Source: Candidatus Poribacteria bacterium (lineage in GTDB: Bacteria > Poribacteria > WGA-4E > WGA-3G). Taken from it: 64,000 bases of DNA. The DNA lies in NCBI GenBank assembly GCA_963663765.2, contig CAXXUA010000005.1:1440001-1504000 (forward strand), written 5' to 3'. Below the pieces are notes generated by a model that saw only the letters and a list, made by a program, of their open reading frames with translations, was not told where the DNA came from and made no database searches. Below, one piece after another: positions 40,248-50,184 of this stretch. A program made the position numbers and the translations under genes. Numbering within the stretch: position 1 is the first letter of the stretch; each line of letters opens with the position of its first letter.

Positions 40248-41704
40248 CAATACCTTCGCCAAAAATTAGTTGAATAAAATGGGCTTTTGTCCTATAGTGT
40301 TTACACTGTAATAACAAAACAAAAGGACAAATTCCCATGTTAGAAATTATAGCACTTTTCTCAATTCTTAATCCATGTATTTCAAAAACAACGATCCATC
40401 AGTTATGTCAAGTTGTATTCGCACTGCTTGCGATGACAGGACGGGTCACCATGTTAAATATCTCTCGTTGGACATTAAAAGGAGGTAGTTACCGCACTAT
40501 ACAACGCTTTTTCAACACAGTTCTTCCTTGGACGACAATGTGTTGGACTTTTTTTCGCACACACTTGCTTGATCATGAGAGTGTTTATATCTTAGCAGGC
40601 GATGAAGTTGTCAGAAGCAAAGATGGAAAATGCACCTATGGTTTATCACGCTTTTTTTCCTCATTGCATGGGAAAAGCATACCCGGTTTATCGTTCTTAG
40701 CCGTGTCCTTAGTCAGTGTATCTCAGCGACGTTCCTACCCCATGGCTATTGAGCAAATCGTTCGGTGTGAAAAAACTTCAAAGCCTGCTGCCGCTCCGAC
40801 TAAACAGTCAGACATCACCAACAAGACAGCAAAATCTAAAGGTGGACGTCCAAAAGGGAGCCGAAACAAAAATAAAAGAGATGTCGTTCTCAGTGATACT
40901 TTGAAACAACTTCAAACGCTGCTCAAAAAAGTGCTACAACTAATAAATAACTTGATACCCATCCGTTATTTTGTCCTGGATGGCTATTTTGGAAATAATA
41001 ACGCTCTACAAATGGTAAATCAATGTGGTCTCCATCTTATTTCAAAACTACGCACCGATGCTGCGTTGCATTTTCCACCGACAACACCTTACAAGGGACG
41101 CGGACGGCGTGCGATCTATGGAGAACGTGTCAATCCACATAAGATTGATGAAAAATACTCTATTTTTACACAGACAGCGGACAATCTGAGAACTGATGTG
41201 TATCAAATGGAACTACACCACAAAAAGTTCCCCGACCCATTGAATGTCGTTTGTATCAAAAAAACAAACCTAACCACTAAACAGCAAGCTTACGTCTTAT
41301 TATTCAGTTGTGATTTAGAACTTGACGCAGAAAAAATGATAGATTATTATTCGCTTCGTTTTCAAATTGAGTTCAACTTTCGTGATGCAAAACAGTATTG
41401 GGGTATGCAAGGTTTCATGAATGTAAACAAAACCCCAGTGAACAATGCAGCGAATATGTCAATGTTTATGATAAATGTAAGTGCAAAACTCTCGGAAAAA
41501 TACAGATGTCAAAATCCCGTATATAGTGTATTAGATCTTAAATCGCACTACCGAGGTCTGAAATATATACACGAAATATTAAAAATACTTCCGCAAAAAC
41601 CTGAACCTATTGTTATTCAGCAAATCACTGAACGCCTGAGTTCAATCGGTGCTATTCACAACACTCAAGCAAATCTTAATCCTGGATAATTGGCGAAGGT
41701 ATTG
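40248..41704 (+). mobile_element. IS4/IS701-like insertion sequence
   Basis: Perfect 15-bp TIR CAATACCTTCGCCAA/TTGGCGAAGGTATTG; 6-bp TSD TTATTC. Confidence 0.93.
40337..41689 (+). CDS. DDE transposase (intact)
   Basis: AGDE, VLDGYFG, YSLRFQIEFNFRDAKQ. Confidence 0.92.
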   Translation: MLEIIALFSILNPCISKTTIHQLCQVVFALLAMTGRVTMLNISRWTLKGGSYRTIQRFFNTVLPWTTMCWTFFRTHLLDHESVYILAGDEVVRSKDGKCTYGLSRFFSSLHGKSIPGLSFLAVSLVSVSQRRSYPMAIEQIVRCEKTSKPAAAPTKQSDITNKTAKSKGGRPKGSRNKNKRDVVLSDTLKQLQTLLKKVLQLINNLIPIRYFVLDGYFGNNNALQMVNQCGLHLISKLRTDAALHFPPTTPYKGRGRRAIYGERVNPHKIDEKYSIFTQTADNLRTDVYQMELHHKKFPDPLNVVCIKKTNLTTKQQAYVLLFSCDLELDAEKMIDYYSLRFQIEFNFRDAKQYWGMQGFMNVNKTPVNNAANMSMFMINVSAKLSEKYRCQNPVYSVLDLKSHYRGLKYIHEILKILPQKPEPIVIQQITERLSSIGAIHNTQANLNPG

Positions 41705-42486
41705 TTATTCTTGGAGTTGTTTTTACTATACATGCTGCGAAAGAAGACTGCACGAACATTGAAGGGGCTGGAGCAGTCCCAATTGTTGAAGTAGCTGAAG
41801 AAGACCCAACTGTAGCAAATGACTATGATACGGTGGTTGAAGAAGATGATCGTGACGGTGTCGTCTATCTGTCAGTCATTGGTGGTAGCCAACCAGAACC
41901 GAATGCATGTGGACTTAACCCGAAAAACCCCGTAGGGGAATGGACAGGTTGGGGCGGTCCACTCAACTTTGACAATGTGACTATCGGTGAAGGTGAAACT
42001 ACCCGAAACCATATCGTCATAGGTGGAACATACTTTGAGCGCGGTTTCGGTGCACACGCAATTGCTACCTTGGTCTATGATTTAACCGGTGGTAATTACG
42101 CCAGATTTGAAGCGTATGTCGGCATGTCAGATGAGAAAGATCCAACAGGATGTAATCATGGCGGCACATCAAACTTTGTTTTTTCAATTGATGGAACAGA
42201 GGTTGCTGCAACTGATACCTTCGCTGGCACAGTGGGTGGTGTGAATGTTGATGCGTTCAAAGTTGAATTTGATATTCCAGCAGGTGCTTCAGAACTTACT
42301 ATTGTTATGGGTGATGGTGGTGACGGTAATGGCTGTGATCATTCCGCAATTGGGGATGCTAAACTCTTGTCTGGACAAACCCTTGCAGTTGAACCTGCAA
42401 ACAAACTCCCAACAATTTGGGGGCATCTGAAATCCCAATATTAAGATTGATTTGATTAGTGGAAAATAAAAATCAGTCATTTTCCC

Positions 42487-42537
42487 AATCCTGCTGCAGT
42501 CAATACAAAATTTATGTTGACTGCAGCAGGATTTTTC
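42487..42537 (+). terminator. Intrinsic terminator-like hairpin
   Basis: 17-bp stem AATCCTGCTGCAGTCAA/TTGACTGCAGCAGGATT followed by a T-rich tract. Confidence 0.7.
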
Positions 42538-42560
42538 TTGCAATTCATTTTATTATACCA

Positions 42561-42766
42561 CAGGACTTACGCATCCAACGGTAGGCGCGCTTTGTAAGCG
42601 CGCTGGACTTACGCATCCAACGGTAGGCGCGCTTTGTAAGCGCGCTGGACTTACGCATCCAACGGTAGGCGCGCTTTGTAAGCGCGCTGGAAACTTAAAA
42701 AACACTGAATATTACATCATTTTCATCACAATTCTTGATTAATTCATGAAAATTGCGTAAGTCCTG
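42561..42766. mobile_element. MITE family A with triplicated left end + REP1
   Basis: Three tandem GGACTTACGCATCCAACGGTAGGCGCGCTTTGTAAGCGCGCT units; 6-bp TSD ATACCA. Confidence 0.92.
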
Positions 42767-42862
42767 ATACCAGATATTATAAACCCATTAAAGCAATTGA
42801 ATTCCTGCCATGGTTATGATAAAATAACAATAGAACATATATCTATACTAAGGAGTTAGCAA

Positions 42863-45532
42863 ATGCCCCAAGACTCTCATAATTTATTCAACACACTCCG
42901 AACTTTAAAGAGCGGTGTCTCTGATTATACATACTATTCCCTTCCAGCATTAGCAGAAATAGGTAAGGGGGAAATGCAAACTTTACCAGTCAGTATCCGT
43001 ATTCTACTTGAATCGTTATTACGGAATTACGATGGACATCAAATCACAGAACAAGACGTTGTCAATTTAGCGAATTGGGACGCACAAAACCCAAAGGCAA
43101 CGGAAATTCCTTTCAAACCTGCCCGCGTGGTTGCGCAAGATTTTACTGGCGTTCCACTCGTCGTTGATATCGCTGCGATGCGGACTGCAGTTGCAGAACT
43201 CGGCGGTGATGCACAGAAGATTGAACCACTTGTACCTGTGGACTTGGTAATTGACCACTCTATACAGGTTGATGCTTACGGTTCAGAAAACGCTTTTCAG
43301 TTTAACACCCGCAAAGAGTTTGAACGTAATAAGGAACGTTATGAATTTCTAAAGTGGGGACAACAAGCGTTTGAAAAGTTCAACATCATTCCGCCATCTA
43401 TCGGTATAGTGCATCAGGTGAATCTGGAATACCTTGCACAAGTTGTCATGACAGAGGAAGGAATTGCATATCCAGATACCGTTGTCGGTACTGATTCGCA
43501 TACGACCATGATCAACGGATTAGGCATAGTCGGTTGGGGTGTTGGTGGCATTGAAGCAGAAGCAGCAATGTTGGGACAACCAGTGTATATTCTAAGTCCT
43601 GCAGTACTTGGGGTACACATGACAGGACAACTTCAAGAAGGAGTTACAGCAACGGATTTGGTTTTGACTGTAACCCAAAGGCTTAGAGCAGCTGCAGTTG
43701 TCGGAAAATTTGTTGAGTTCTTCGGTGAAGGTGTCCAGGCACTTGCTTTACCTGACCGTGCAACACTCTCAAACATGTGTCCTGAATACGGTGCAACGAT
43801 CGGATTCTTCCCCCCTGACGTTGAGACGATAAATTATCTTCGTCTAACTGGAAGGGATGAAACACATGTTGACTTTGTTGAAGCATATCTAAAAGCACAA
43901 GGCTTGTTTGGAATACCGATGCCTGGAGAGGTAGAATACTCCGATGTGTTGGAGATTGATCTCAGTGAAATTGAACCGAGTATCGCTGGACCGAAAAGAC
44001 CCCAAGACAGAATAGCTTTGTCAGATGTCAAAGAGACTTTCAATGAACTCCTTACACGTCCAGTTGCGGAAGATGGATTTGGTGTAACTAAGGTATCAAG
44101 CGATGATACCATCAATCATGGGTCAGTTGTGATTTCAGCGATCACCAGTTGCACAAATACGAGCAATCCCTCTGTTATGATTGGGGCAGGACTGCTTGCA
44201 AAAAAAGCGGTTGAGAAAGGTCTACGTGTTCCTGATTATGTCAAAACAAGTTTAGCACCAGGGTCGCGGGTCGTAACGGCTTATTTACAGAATACGGGTT
44301 TGCTGCCCTACTTGGAGAAGTTAGGTTATAATGTCGTAGGATATGGTTGCACTACATGTATCGGGAACAGCGGTCCGCTCAACGAGGTCGTCCAAGAGGC
44401 GATTGACGCTGAAAATCTTGTGACTGCAAGTGTTTTGAGTGGAAACAGGAATTTTGAGGCGCGCGTGCATCCAGAGATAAAAGCCAACTTCCTTATGTCA
44501 CCACCGCTTGTCGTTGCGTATGGACTCGCAGGACGCATTGACATTGATCTTGCGACAGAACCCATCGGACATAACGATGCTGGCGAGTCTGTTTACTTAC
44601 GAGATATTTGGCCATCGCGAAAGGAAATTGCTGATATGATTGGTGCTGCCGTTGACCGCAAAACATTCAAGGAGATGTATGAATCTATAAGCAATCAAGC
44701 ACCAGAATGGGAAGAACTCGCGGGTGCAACAGGAGTGCTTTATCCGTGGAACGAAAGGAGCACTTATATACAGCATCCGCCTTTCTTTGAAGATTTTTCT
44801 CGCGAACCAGCATCGATTGCGGACATCACAGATGCAAGAATACTTGGTATTTTCGGTGATTCTGTCACGACAGACCACATCTCGCCTGCAGGTGCAATCG
44901 CGGCGGTGAGTCCAGCAGGTACGTATCTACAGGAACGTGGTGTTGATATTTTGGATTTCAATACCTACGGTGCAAGACGCGGAAATGACCGAGTCATGAG
45001 TCGAGGTACATTTGCGAACCGCCGCGTCCGTAACCTGATGACACCTGATGTTGAAGGTGGATGGACGGTTCAATACCCTGATTGTACGCAGACAACTATT
45101 TACGAAGCAGCTCTACATTATCAAGAAAATGCTATTCCTACCGTTATTTTTGCTGGACAGGATTACGGAATGGGGAGTTCACGGGATTGGGCTGCAAAGG
45201 GACCAAAACTCCTTGGGGTCAAAGCAGTCGTCGTAGAAAGTTATGAACGTATCCACCGCAGCAACCTCATCGGTATGGGTATTTTACCACTGCAGTTCAA
45301 AAATGGAGAAAATGTGCAGACGCTCAAACTTGATGGTAGTGAGATTATCAGTATCACTGGCTTCGCAGATGATTTGCAACCCGGCCAATCAGCATCAATG
45401 AAGATTATCAGAGCAAACGGTGACACACACACAACAGAATTACTCATCCGGATTGATTCCCCTGTAGAGGTGGAATATTACAAAAATGGCGGGATTCTGG
45501 ATTATGTGATTCGGAATTTCTTGTCTGCATAG
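42863..45532 (+). CDS. acnA: Aconitate hydratase A
   Basis: [62 protein letters not shown]. Confidence 0.97.
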   Translation: MPQDSHNLFNTLRTLKSGVSDYTYYSLPALAEIGKGEMQTLPVSIRILLESLLRNYDGHQITEQDVVNLANWDAQNPKATEIPFKPARVVAQDFTGVPLVVDIAAMRTAVAELGGDAQKIEPLVPVDLVIDHSIQVDAYGSENAFQFNTRKEFERNKERYEFLKWGQQAFEKFNIIPPSIGIVHQVNLEYLAQVVMTEEGIAYPDTVVGTDSHTTMINGLGIVGWGVGGIEAEAAMLGQPVYILSPAVLGVHMTGQLQEGVTATDLVLTVTQRLRAAAVVGKFVEFFGEGVQALALPDRATLSNMCPEYGATIGFFPPDVETINYLRLTGRDETHVDFVEAYLKAQGLFGIPMPGEVEYSDVLEIDLSEIEPSIAGPKRPQDRIALSDVKETFNELLTRPVAEDGFGVTKVSSDDTINHGSVVISAITSCTNTSNPSVMIGAGLLAKKAVEKGLRVPDYVKTSLAPGSRVVTAYLQNTGLLPYLEKLGYNVVGYGCTTCIGNSGPLNEVVQEAIDAENLVTASVLSGNRNFEARVHPEIKANFLMSPPLVVAYGLAGRIDIDLATEPIGHNDAGESVYLRDIWPSRKEIADMIGAAVDRKTFKEMYESISNQAPEWEELAGATGVLYPWNERSTYIQHPPFFEDFSREPASIADITDARILGIFGDSVTTDHISPAGAIAAVSPAGTYLQERGVDILDFNTYGARRGNDRVMSRGTFANRRVRNLMTPDVEGGWTVQYPDCTQTTIYEAALHYQENAIPTVIFAGQDYGMGSSRDWAAKGPKLLGVKAVVVESYERIHRSNLIGMGILPLQFKNGENVQTLKLDGSEIISITGFADDLQPGQSASMKIIRANGDTHTTELLIRIDSPVEVEYYKNGGILDYVIRNFLSA

Positions 45533-45573
45533 TTGTATGCAAATTTATCAGAGATAACAAAGAAGTCTCTAGA

Positions 45574-45924
45574 CCGTATCTCATAAATCACTTGTAGGAG
45601 CGGGTCTCCCTGTCCGTTTAGAAGAACCCTTTCTATATTTAGGGACGGAGATGACCTCGACCCTACGATGAAGGTGTGATATTTTGAAAAAGATTAGATA
45701 AATGATTTATGAGATATACTGTAAACATTGTGTAATGATCTGATACCAATTCTGATTATTTTTTTATCATTCTTGCGTAGGTCGGGTAGATGTACGAAAC
45801 CCGACATGATAGCCGCCATCCATACATGTCCAAATTAACGCTAAACGGACGTATGGCATCTGTCGGGTAAGGTGCCGCTATCTAACCTACGAAAACAGAT
45901 ATATTATAAGATAAAAATGGTATA
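45574..45924. mobile_element. Two adjacent MITE-like elements, each with a different GTAG REP pair
   Basis: TATCTCATAAATCA...TGATTTATGAGATA around GTAGGAGCGGGTCTCCC..CGACCCTAC; ATACCAATT...AAATGGTAT around GTAGGTCGGG..AACCTAC. Confidence 0.65.
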
Positions 45925-45970
45925 AACATTGCTGCTCAGATAGATTTGGTTTGAAAATAGGAGTACATAG

Positions 45971-47326
45971 ATGAAACATCAAAATATTTCATTTTGCCAG
46001 TTACCTCAGATAGTATTTGTAATAATCCTTTTATTTATTTCGGCGAGTAGTGTGTTTGCTCAGAATATTCCAGATTTCGTTAAGAAAGCGGTAGATAGTA
46101 CTGTGTACTTAGAGATGCAGGATAAAGATGGAAATCCTCTTGGCACTGGTAATGGTTTTTTTGTTGCACCTAACCTAATAGTAACCAACCCTCAGATTAT
46201 TGAAGGTGCCGCATCTGGGACAGTGACATTACTTGGTCGCCCCTTGAAATATGAAATAGAAGGTATTACAGCAGCTGACGAGGAGAATAACCTTATTATA
46301 CTAAAAACTGCTATGCCTCTTATCAATCCTCCCGCTATCAGTAATAGTGATGTTGTCAAGAGTAATGATATTGTTTACATCACTGGTAGTAAGAAAGGGA
46401 TGAGTGGTACGATGTCAGACAATGTCATTATCAGTCTTAACAAAGGTAAAAATGACAAATGGTTCCAGGTAAAAAACCAAATTTTTCCAGGAAGCAGCGG
46501 TGGTCCTGTTCTAAACGCTAATGGTGAAGTAATCGGTGTTTTTTATTTTTCAATTGAGATAAAACAGAGGGGTAATTTTGTCATTCCTTCCAATTATCTA
46601 AAGCAACTGATTGCACGATCCACACAAGTGAGACCTATATCAGATTGGCAACAAATTATATCCGTAGAAACCTACTTCAGATGGGGTTATATAAACTATG
46701 CTCTGAGAGACTTTAAAGAAGCAATCGCAAATTATACAAAAGCTATTGAATTAAAACCAGATTATCTAAATGCCTACATCAATCGTGGTATCGCGAGAGA
46801 TCAACTAAAACTGCATGCTGATGCAATATCAGATTATGATACAGTTATTCGTTTAAATCCTGATGATTTAATTGCCCACAACAACCGTGGGATTTCTAAA
46901 GCTAACTTAGGACGATATGATGATGCAATCAAGGATTATGATAAAGTAATACAAATAGATGACAAATTTCTCGCTGCTTACGGCAACCGTGGACGTGCTA
47001 AAACAGCTTTAGGACAGTTTTCAGACGCTTTGTCTGATTATAACACCGTACTTCGTTTGAGGCCAGATGATATCATAGTCTTCTACAATAGGGGAGATCT
47101 GTATTACAAAATGAAAAAATATGAAGATGCTATATCTGATTTTAGTAAAGCGATTTTGCTAAAACCGGGTTACATCATGGCATATTATGGACGAGGATTA
47201 ACGAAAGAAGCTATGGAGCGTAATATAGAGGCGAAGCTTGACTTCCAGTCGGCATTAGAAATTGTAGAAGATCGAGAAGTTGAATTAAAAACCAAAATTG
47301 AGAAGGCATTACAACGTTTAGAATAG
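45971..47326 (+). CDS. Secreted trypsin-like domain + TPR protein (triad degenerate)
   Basis: Signal peptide; TNPQI and NNLIIL replace the His and Asp motifs, GSSGGP retained; about 6 TPRs. Confidence 0.85.
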   Translation: MKHQNISFCQLPQIVFVIILLFISASSVFAQNIPDFVKKAVDSTVYLEMQDKDGNPLGTGNGFFVAPNLIVTNPQIIEGAASGTVTLLGRPLKYEIEGITAADEENNLIILKTAMPLINPPAISNSDVVKSNDIVYITGSKKGMSGTMSDNVIISLNKGKNDKWFQVKNQIFPGSSGGPVLNANGEVIGVFYFSIEIKQRGNFVIPSNYLKQLIARSTQVRPISDWQQIISVETYFRWGYINYALRDFKEAIANYTKAIELKPDYLNAYINRGIARDQLKLHADAISDYDTVIRLNPDDLIAHNNRGISKANLGRYDDAIKDYDKVIQIDDKFLAAYGNRGRAKTALGQFSDALSDYNTVLRLRPDDIIVFYNRGDLYYKMKKYEDAISDFSKAILLKPGYIMAYYGRGLTKEAMERNIEAKLDFQSALEIVEDREVELKTKIEKALQRLE

Positions 47327-47470
47327 TTGTGCTATGGTAAAGTTTAAAAGTAATTATACAGTCACGTCCCCGGGAAGCCGAATATTCCAGTCCTCACCGA
47401 TGTTGAGCATATAATTAATTCAATAGTTAACATAAATCCAAGCAGGTGAAAATGAAGGAGAATTTTGAAC

Positions 47471-47794
47471 ATGGTAGAAACACTTGAATCTTTAGCCAAA
47501 AGATTAGATCAAATGGAAATTGCATTAGAGGACATAACACACCAACTTTCTCACCTTGTTGATGCTTTGAAGCTGGATGTCCCTGAAAATTGCAATGTAT
47601 CCACCGAGGAATACACCAATAATAAGGTGAACAAGAAAGAGGCAACTAAAATTATTAATGAACTTCTTGAAAAAATGGGAATTGCCGACGTAGAACCGAT
47701 TCCTATTGAGGAGGTACGCAAAAGTATGTCAAGCCGCATTCGCGCGGCGGATAATGAATTTAGCAGAGCGATTATTGAAGAACGTGAGAACTAA
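47471..47794 (+). CDS. Putative antitoxin
   Basis: Small ORF after AAGGAG, ending FSRAIIEERE, 2 nt upstream of a PIN gene. Confidence 0.6.
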   Translation: MVETLESLAKRLDQMEIALEDITHQLSHLVDALKLDVPENCNVSTEEYTNNKVNKKEATKIINELLEKMGIADVEPIPIEEVRKSMSSRIRAADNEFSRAIIEEREN

Positions 47795-47796
47795 CC

Positions 47797-48300
47797 GTGC
47801 ATTATTTCTACTTTGATGCAAGCGCACTTGTCAAGCGGTATACCGAAGAGTTTGGCAGCGATAAAGTTGATTACCTTTTTATTAATGCGCCTTTTAATCG
47901 GCTAAGGTGTCTGACTATTGGTGTAGCAGAAGTCTTCTGGGTATGTATTCGTAAGAAAAACGATGGGCGTATTACACAGCACGAATTTACCCATGCAGTT
48001 GCAAACCTAACCCGTGAGGTAATCTCGTACACGTCTGATTTTCATATAGCACCTGTTCCAGACTCACTTGTTTGGACATCGTTAAATTTAGTTGAAACAT
48101 ACTCCATTAACAGCGTTGATGCGATTGTGTTAGGTTCCGCCATAGAAACTGCAATGGAACTTAATAGTACAGATGATACGCTTGTTCTTGTAGCATCCGA
48201 TCAACGCCTATTGCGAGCTGCAAGACATGAACGACTGTTAATTTTCAACCCTGAAATTGACTCGGAAAAAACTTTAATGGCATGGTTGGATGCACCATAG
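47797..48300 (+). CDS. VapC-like PIN-domain toxin
   Basis: YFDASALVKRY..E.GS, AE, DAIVL, ASDQRLL. Confidence 0.88.
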   Translation: MHYFYFDASALVKRYTEEFGSDKVDYLFINAPFNRLRCLTIGVAEVFWVCIRKKNDGRITQHEFTHAVANLTREVISYTSDFHIAPVPDSLVWTSLNLVETYSINSVDAIVLGSAIETAMELNSTDDTLVLVASDQRLLRAARHERLLIFNPEIDSEKTLMAWLDAP

Positions 48301-48346
48301 TACACAATACCGCATACTTTAATATATTTCTTTAGAAGAATTTATT

Positions 48347-49050
48347 ATGAACATTCAACATCCTAATAGTGACTATGTTTACAACGCGTTGTTACGATAC
48401 AATTGCCTTCCTATAGGTAAAAAACATCCAGATAATATACCTTTCAAGGCTTTTTCCACTGCAGATTTTACACCTGATATTGCAAATGAATTACTTGAAG
48501 TATATCAAAGACAGGACTTACGAACCGAACGGTAGGCGGGGAATGTCTAAATGGCATTCATACCGTTGATTTGGTGCTTTGTAAGCGCGCTGGAAACCCA
48601 AAAAATGCTGAAAATAACATCATTTTCGTCGTAATTCTTGACTAAAGCATGAAAACTGCGTAAGTCCTGAAAGAAAAAGAAATGAAATAGAGAAAGTTAC
48701 AGGTTATGATCAAATTGAATATCATGCTACTCGATTTAACCTTGTAACTCGACTTTTTCATATACCACATCCCTCTCCTTACGCACGTCTATGCAAAAGC
48801 ATATCAAACCACTGGGATAAACTATCAAATATATGTGAAAATCCTAATAGCCGCGAAAAACCGGGAAAATATAATAGACATTATAATGTCTATTAATACT
48901 ACAATCGCACCTGATTCTTATTATCAGTGTGATCGGTACTGGATTCTACTTCATGAATTAGTGTCAGACTGTCCAAAGTTCAAACGTTACCTATGTGATT
49001 CTGGATTAAAATTTCTGAAAGGGAAAAAGTGCGATTTATACAGTCAATAG
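48347..49050 (+). pseudogene. DRT4/Abi-like reverse transcriptase remnant (MITE insertion plus internal deletion)
   Basis: Excising MITE A and one TSD gives ..ALLRYNCLP..FSTADFTPDIA..GYDQIEYHATRFNLVTRLFHIPHPSPYARL..HW; then jumps to C-terminal DRYWILLHEL; no YxDD core. Confidence 0.6.
48512..48669. mobile_element. MITE family A with a 36-bp micro-insert (48538-48573) in its REP1
   Basis: TIRs; 5-bp TSD AAAGA; GTAGGC|GGGGAATGTCTAAATGGCATTCATACCGTTGATTTG|GTGCTTTG. Confidence 0.92.
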
Positions 49051-49100
49051 ATTCGAAGAATTAACTTTTGAGTTAATCCTGTAACCCAAAATATTGGAAC

Positions 49101-49508
49101 ATGCAATATACTCCAAGACGACTACTCTCAATCACAATAATCCTCATATCCCTCACCATCGGATGTACTCAGGAGAGAAACAAAGACATTGGAACTGTGA
49201 TTACGCCAGAGGAAGATATGATAGAAACACTTATCATCGGACCCTATAGGACAGATTGTGTTGGTGCGTTCCCACAGGAATGTTATCTTGAATACAACGA
49301 AGAAGCAGGGAAATGGCATTTTTTCTATGATGGTATTCAAGGATTTGACTATGAAGAAGGTTTTATCTGGACACTAAAGGTCAGTCTGCACGAACGTCCT
49401 GAAGAGATTCAGGATGTCGGACGGTATGAATATCGACTGGTAGAGGTGTTGAAGAAGGAGGAAGCATCGGTTGATGAACGACCGCCGCGAAATCCTACTA
49501 CAGATTAG
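49101..49508 (+). CDS. DUF4377-like lipoprotein
   Basis: Lipobox TIGC; DCVGAFPQECY..W.FFYDGIQGFDYEEGF..LKV..YRLVEVL. Confidence 0.8.
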   Translation: MQYTPRRLLSITIILISLTIGCTQERNKDIGTVITPEEDMIETLIIGPYRTDCVGAFPQECYLEYNEEAGKWHFFYDGIQGFDYEEGFIWTLKVSLHERPEEIQDVGRYEYRLVEVLKKEEASVDERPPRNPTTD

Positions 49509-49805
49509 GTGTGCCTTGTCAAATACACAAAAAACTACAATTTAAGAGAAATTGCTGCTTCTTATTGTAAATGAGTTTTGTATACTCGCTTTTGAAGGAT
49601 GCATGCAGTTGTATCATCAGAAAAAAAACTCTCACAAGAGAGAGATTCTACACCTAAATTGCACGCCTATGGTCGGTTATGTAACCGCATCTACTGTGTA
49701 GTATAAGTGTATAATTCTTACAAAATTCTCTATAGTTAGGCATAATTCCTAAAGAATATTTATCACAAAATCAACTAATACACAAAAAATGGTCAGGTAA
49801 CAAAC

Positions 49806-50174
49806 ATGCGAAAATTAACATTACTGATATTTTCAATCACAATAATCCTCATATCCCTCACCATCGGATGTGATAGAGATGAACACATAGAAACGCTTAT
49901 CATCGGACCCTATAGAACAGAATGTCCAAGTTTTTCAGGTTCAGATTGTTATCTTGAATTCAATGAAGAAGCAGAGAAGTGGCATTTTTTCTATGAAGGT
50001 ATTCAAGGATTTGACTTTGAAGAGGGGTTCATCTGGACCCTAAAGGTCAGTCTGCATGAACGCGAGGAAGGAATTCAAGATGTAGGAAAGTATGAATATC
50101 GATTAGTAGAGGTGTTGAAGAAGGAAGAAGCATCTATTGATGAACGACCGCCGCGAAATCCTTTAGAAGATTAG
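49806..50174 (+). CDS. DUF4377-like lipoprotein (tandem paralog)
   Basis: Highly similar to 49101..49508 in DNA and protein. Confidence 0.8.
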   Translation: MRKLTLLIFSITIILISLTIGCDRDEHIETLIIGPYRTECPSFSGSDCYLEFNEEAEKWHFFYEGIQGFDFEEGFIWTLKVSLHEREEGIQDVGKYEYRLVEVLKKEEASIDERPPRNPLED

Positions 50175-50184
50175 GTATAATGCA

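Larger units (their letters stand above)
40166..42444 (+). pseudogene. Secreted NPCBM/NEW2-domain protein with VEP..WG tail, interrupted by an IS in its signal peptide
   Basis: AGGAGGT-ATG at 40166; removing the IS and one TSD restores MIIINLL..FIMMFLILGVVFTIHAAKE in frame with 41833; GTYFERGFGAHA..VYDL..RFEAYVG; tail LAVEPANKLPTIWGHLKSQY. Confidence 0.85.

Noticed and set aside
41833-42444. Independent 203-aa gene
   Set aside because: It is the 3' part of the gene starting at 40166, split by the IS.
48835-49050. Independent small protein
   Set aside because: Better explained as the C-terminal piece of the RT-like pseudogene.
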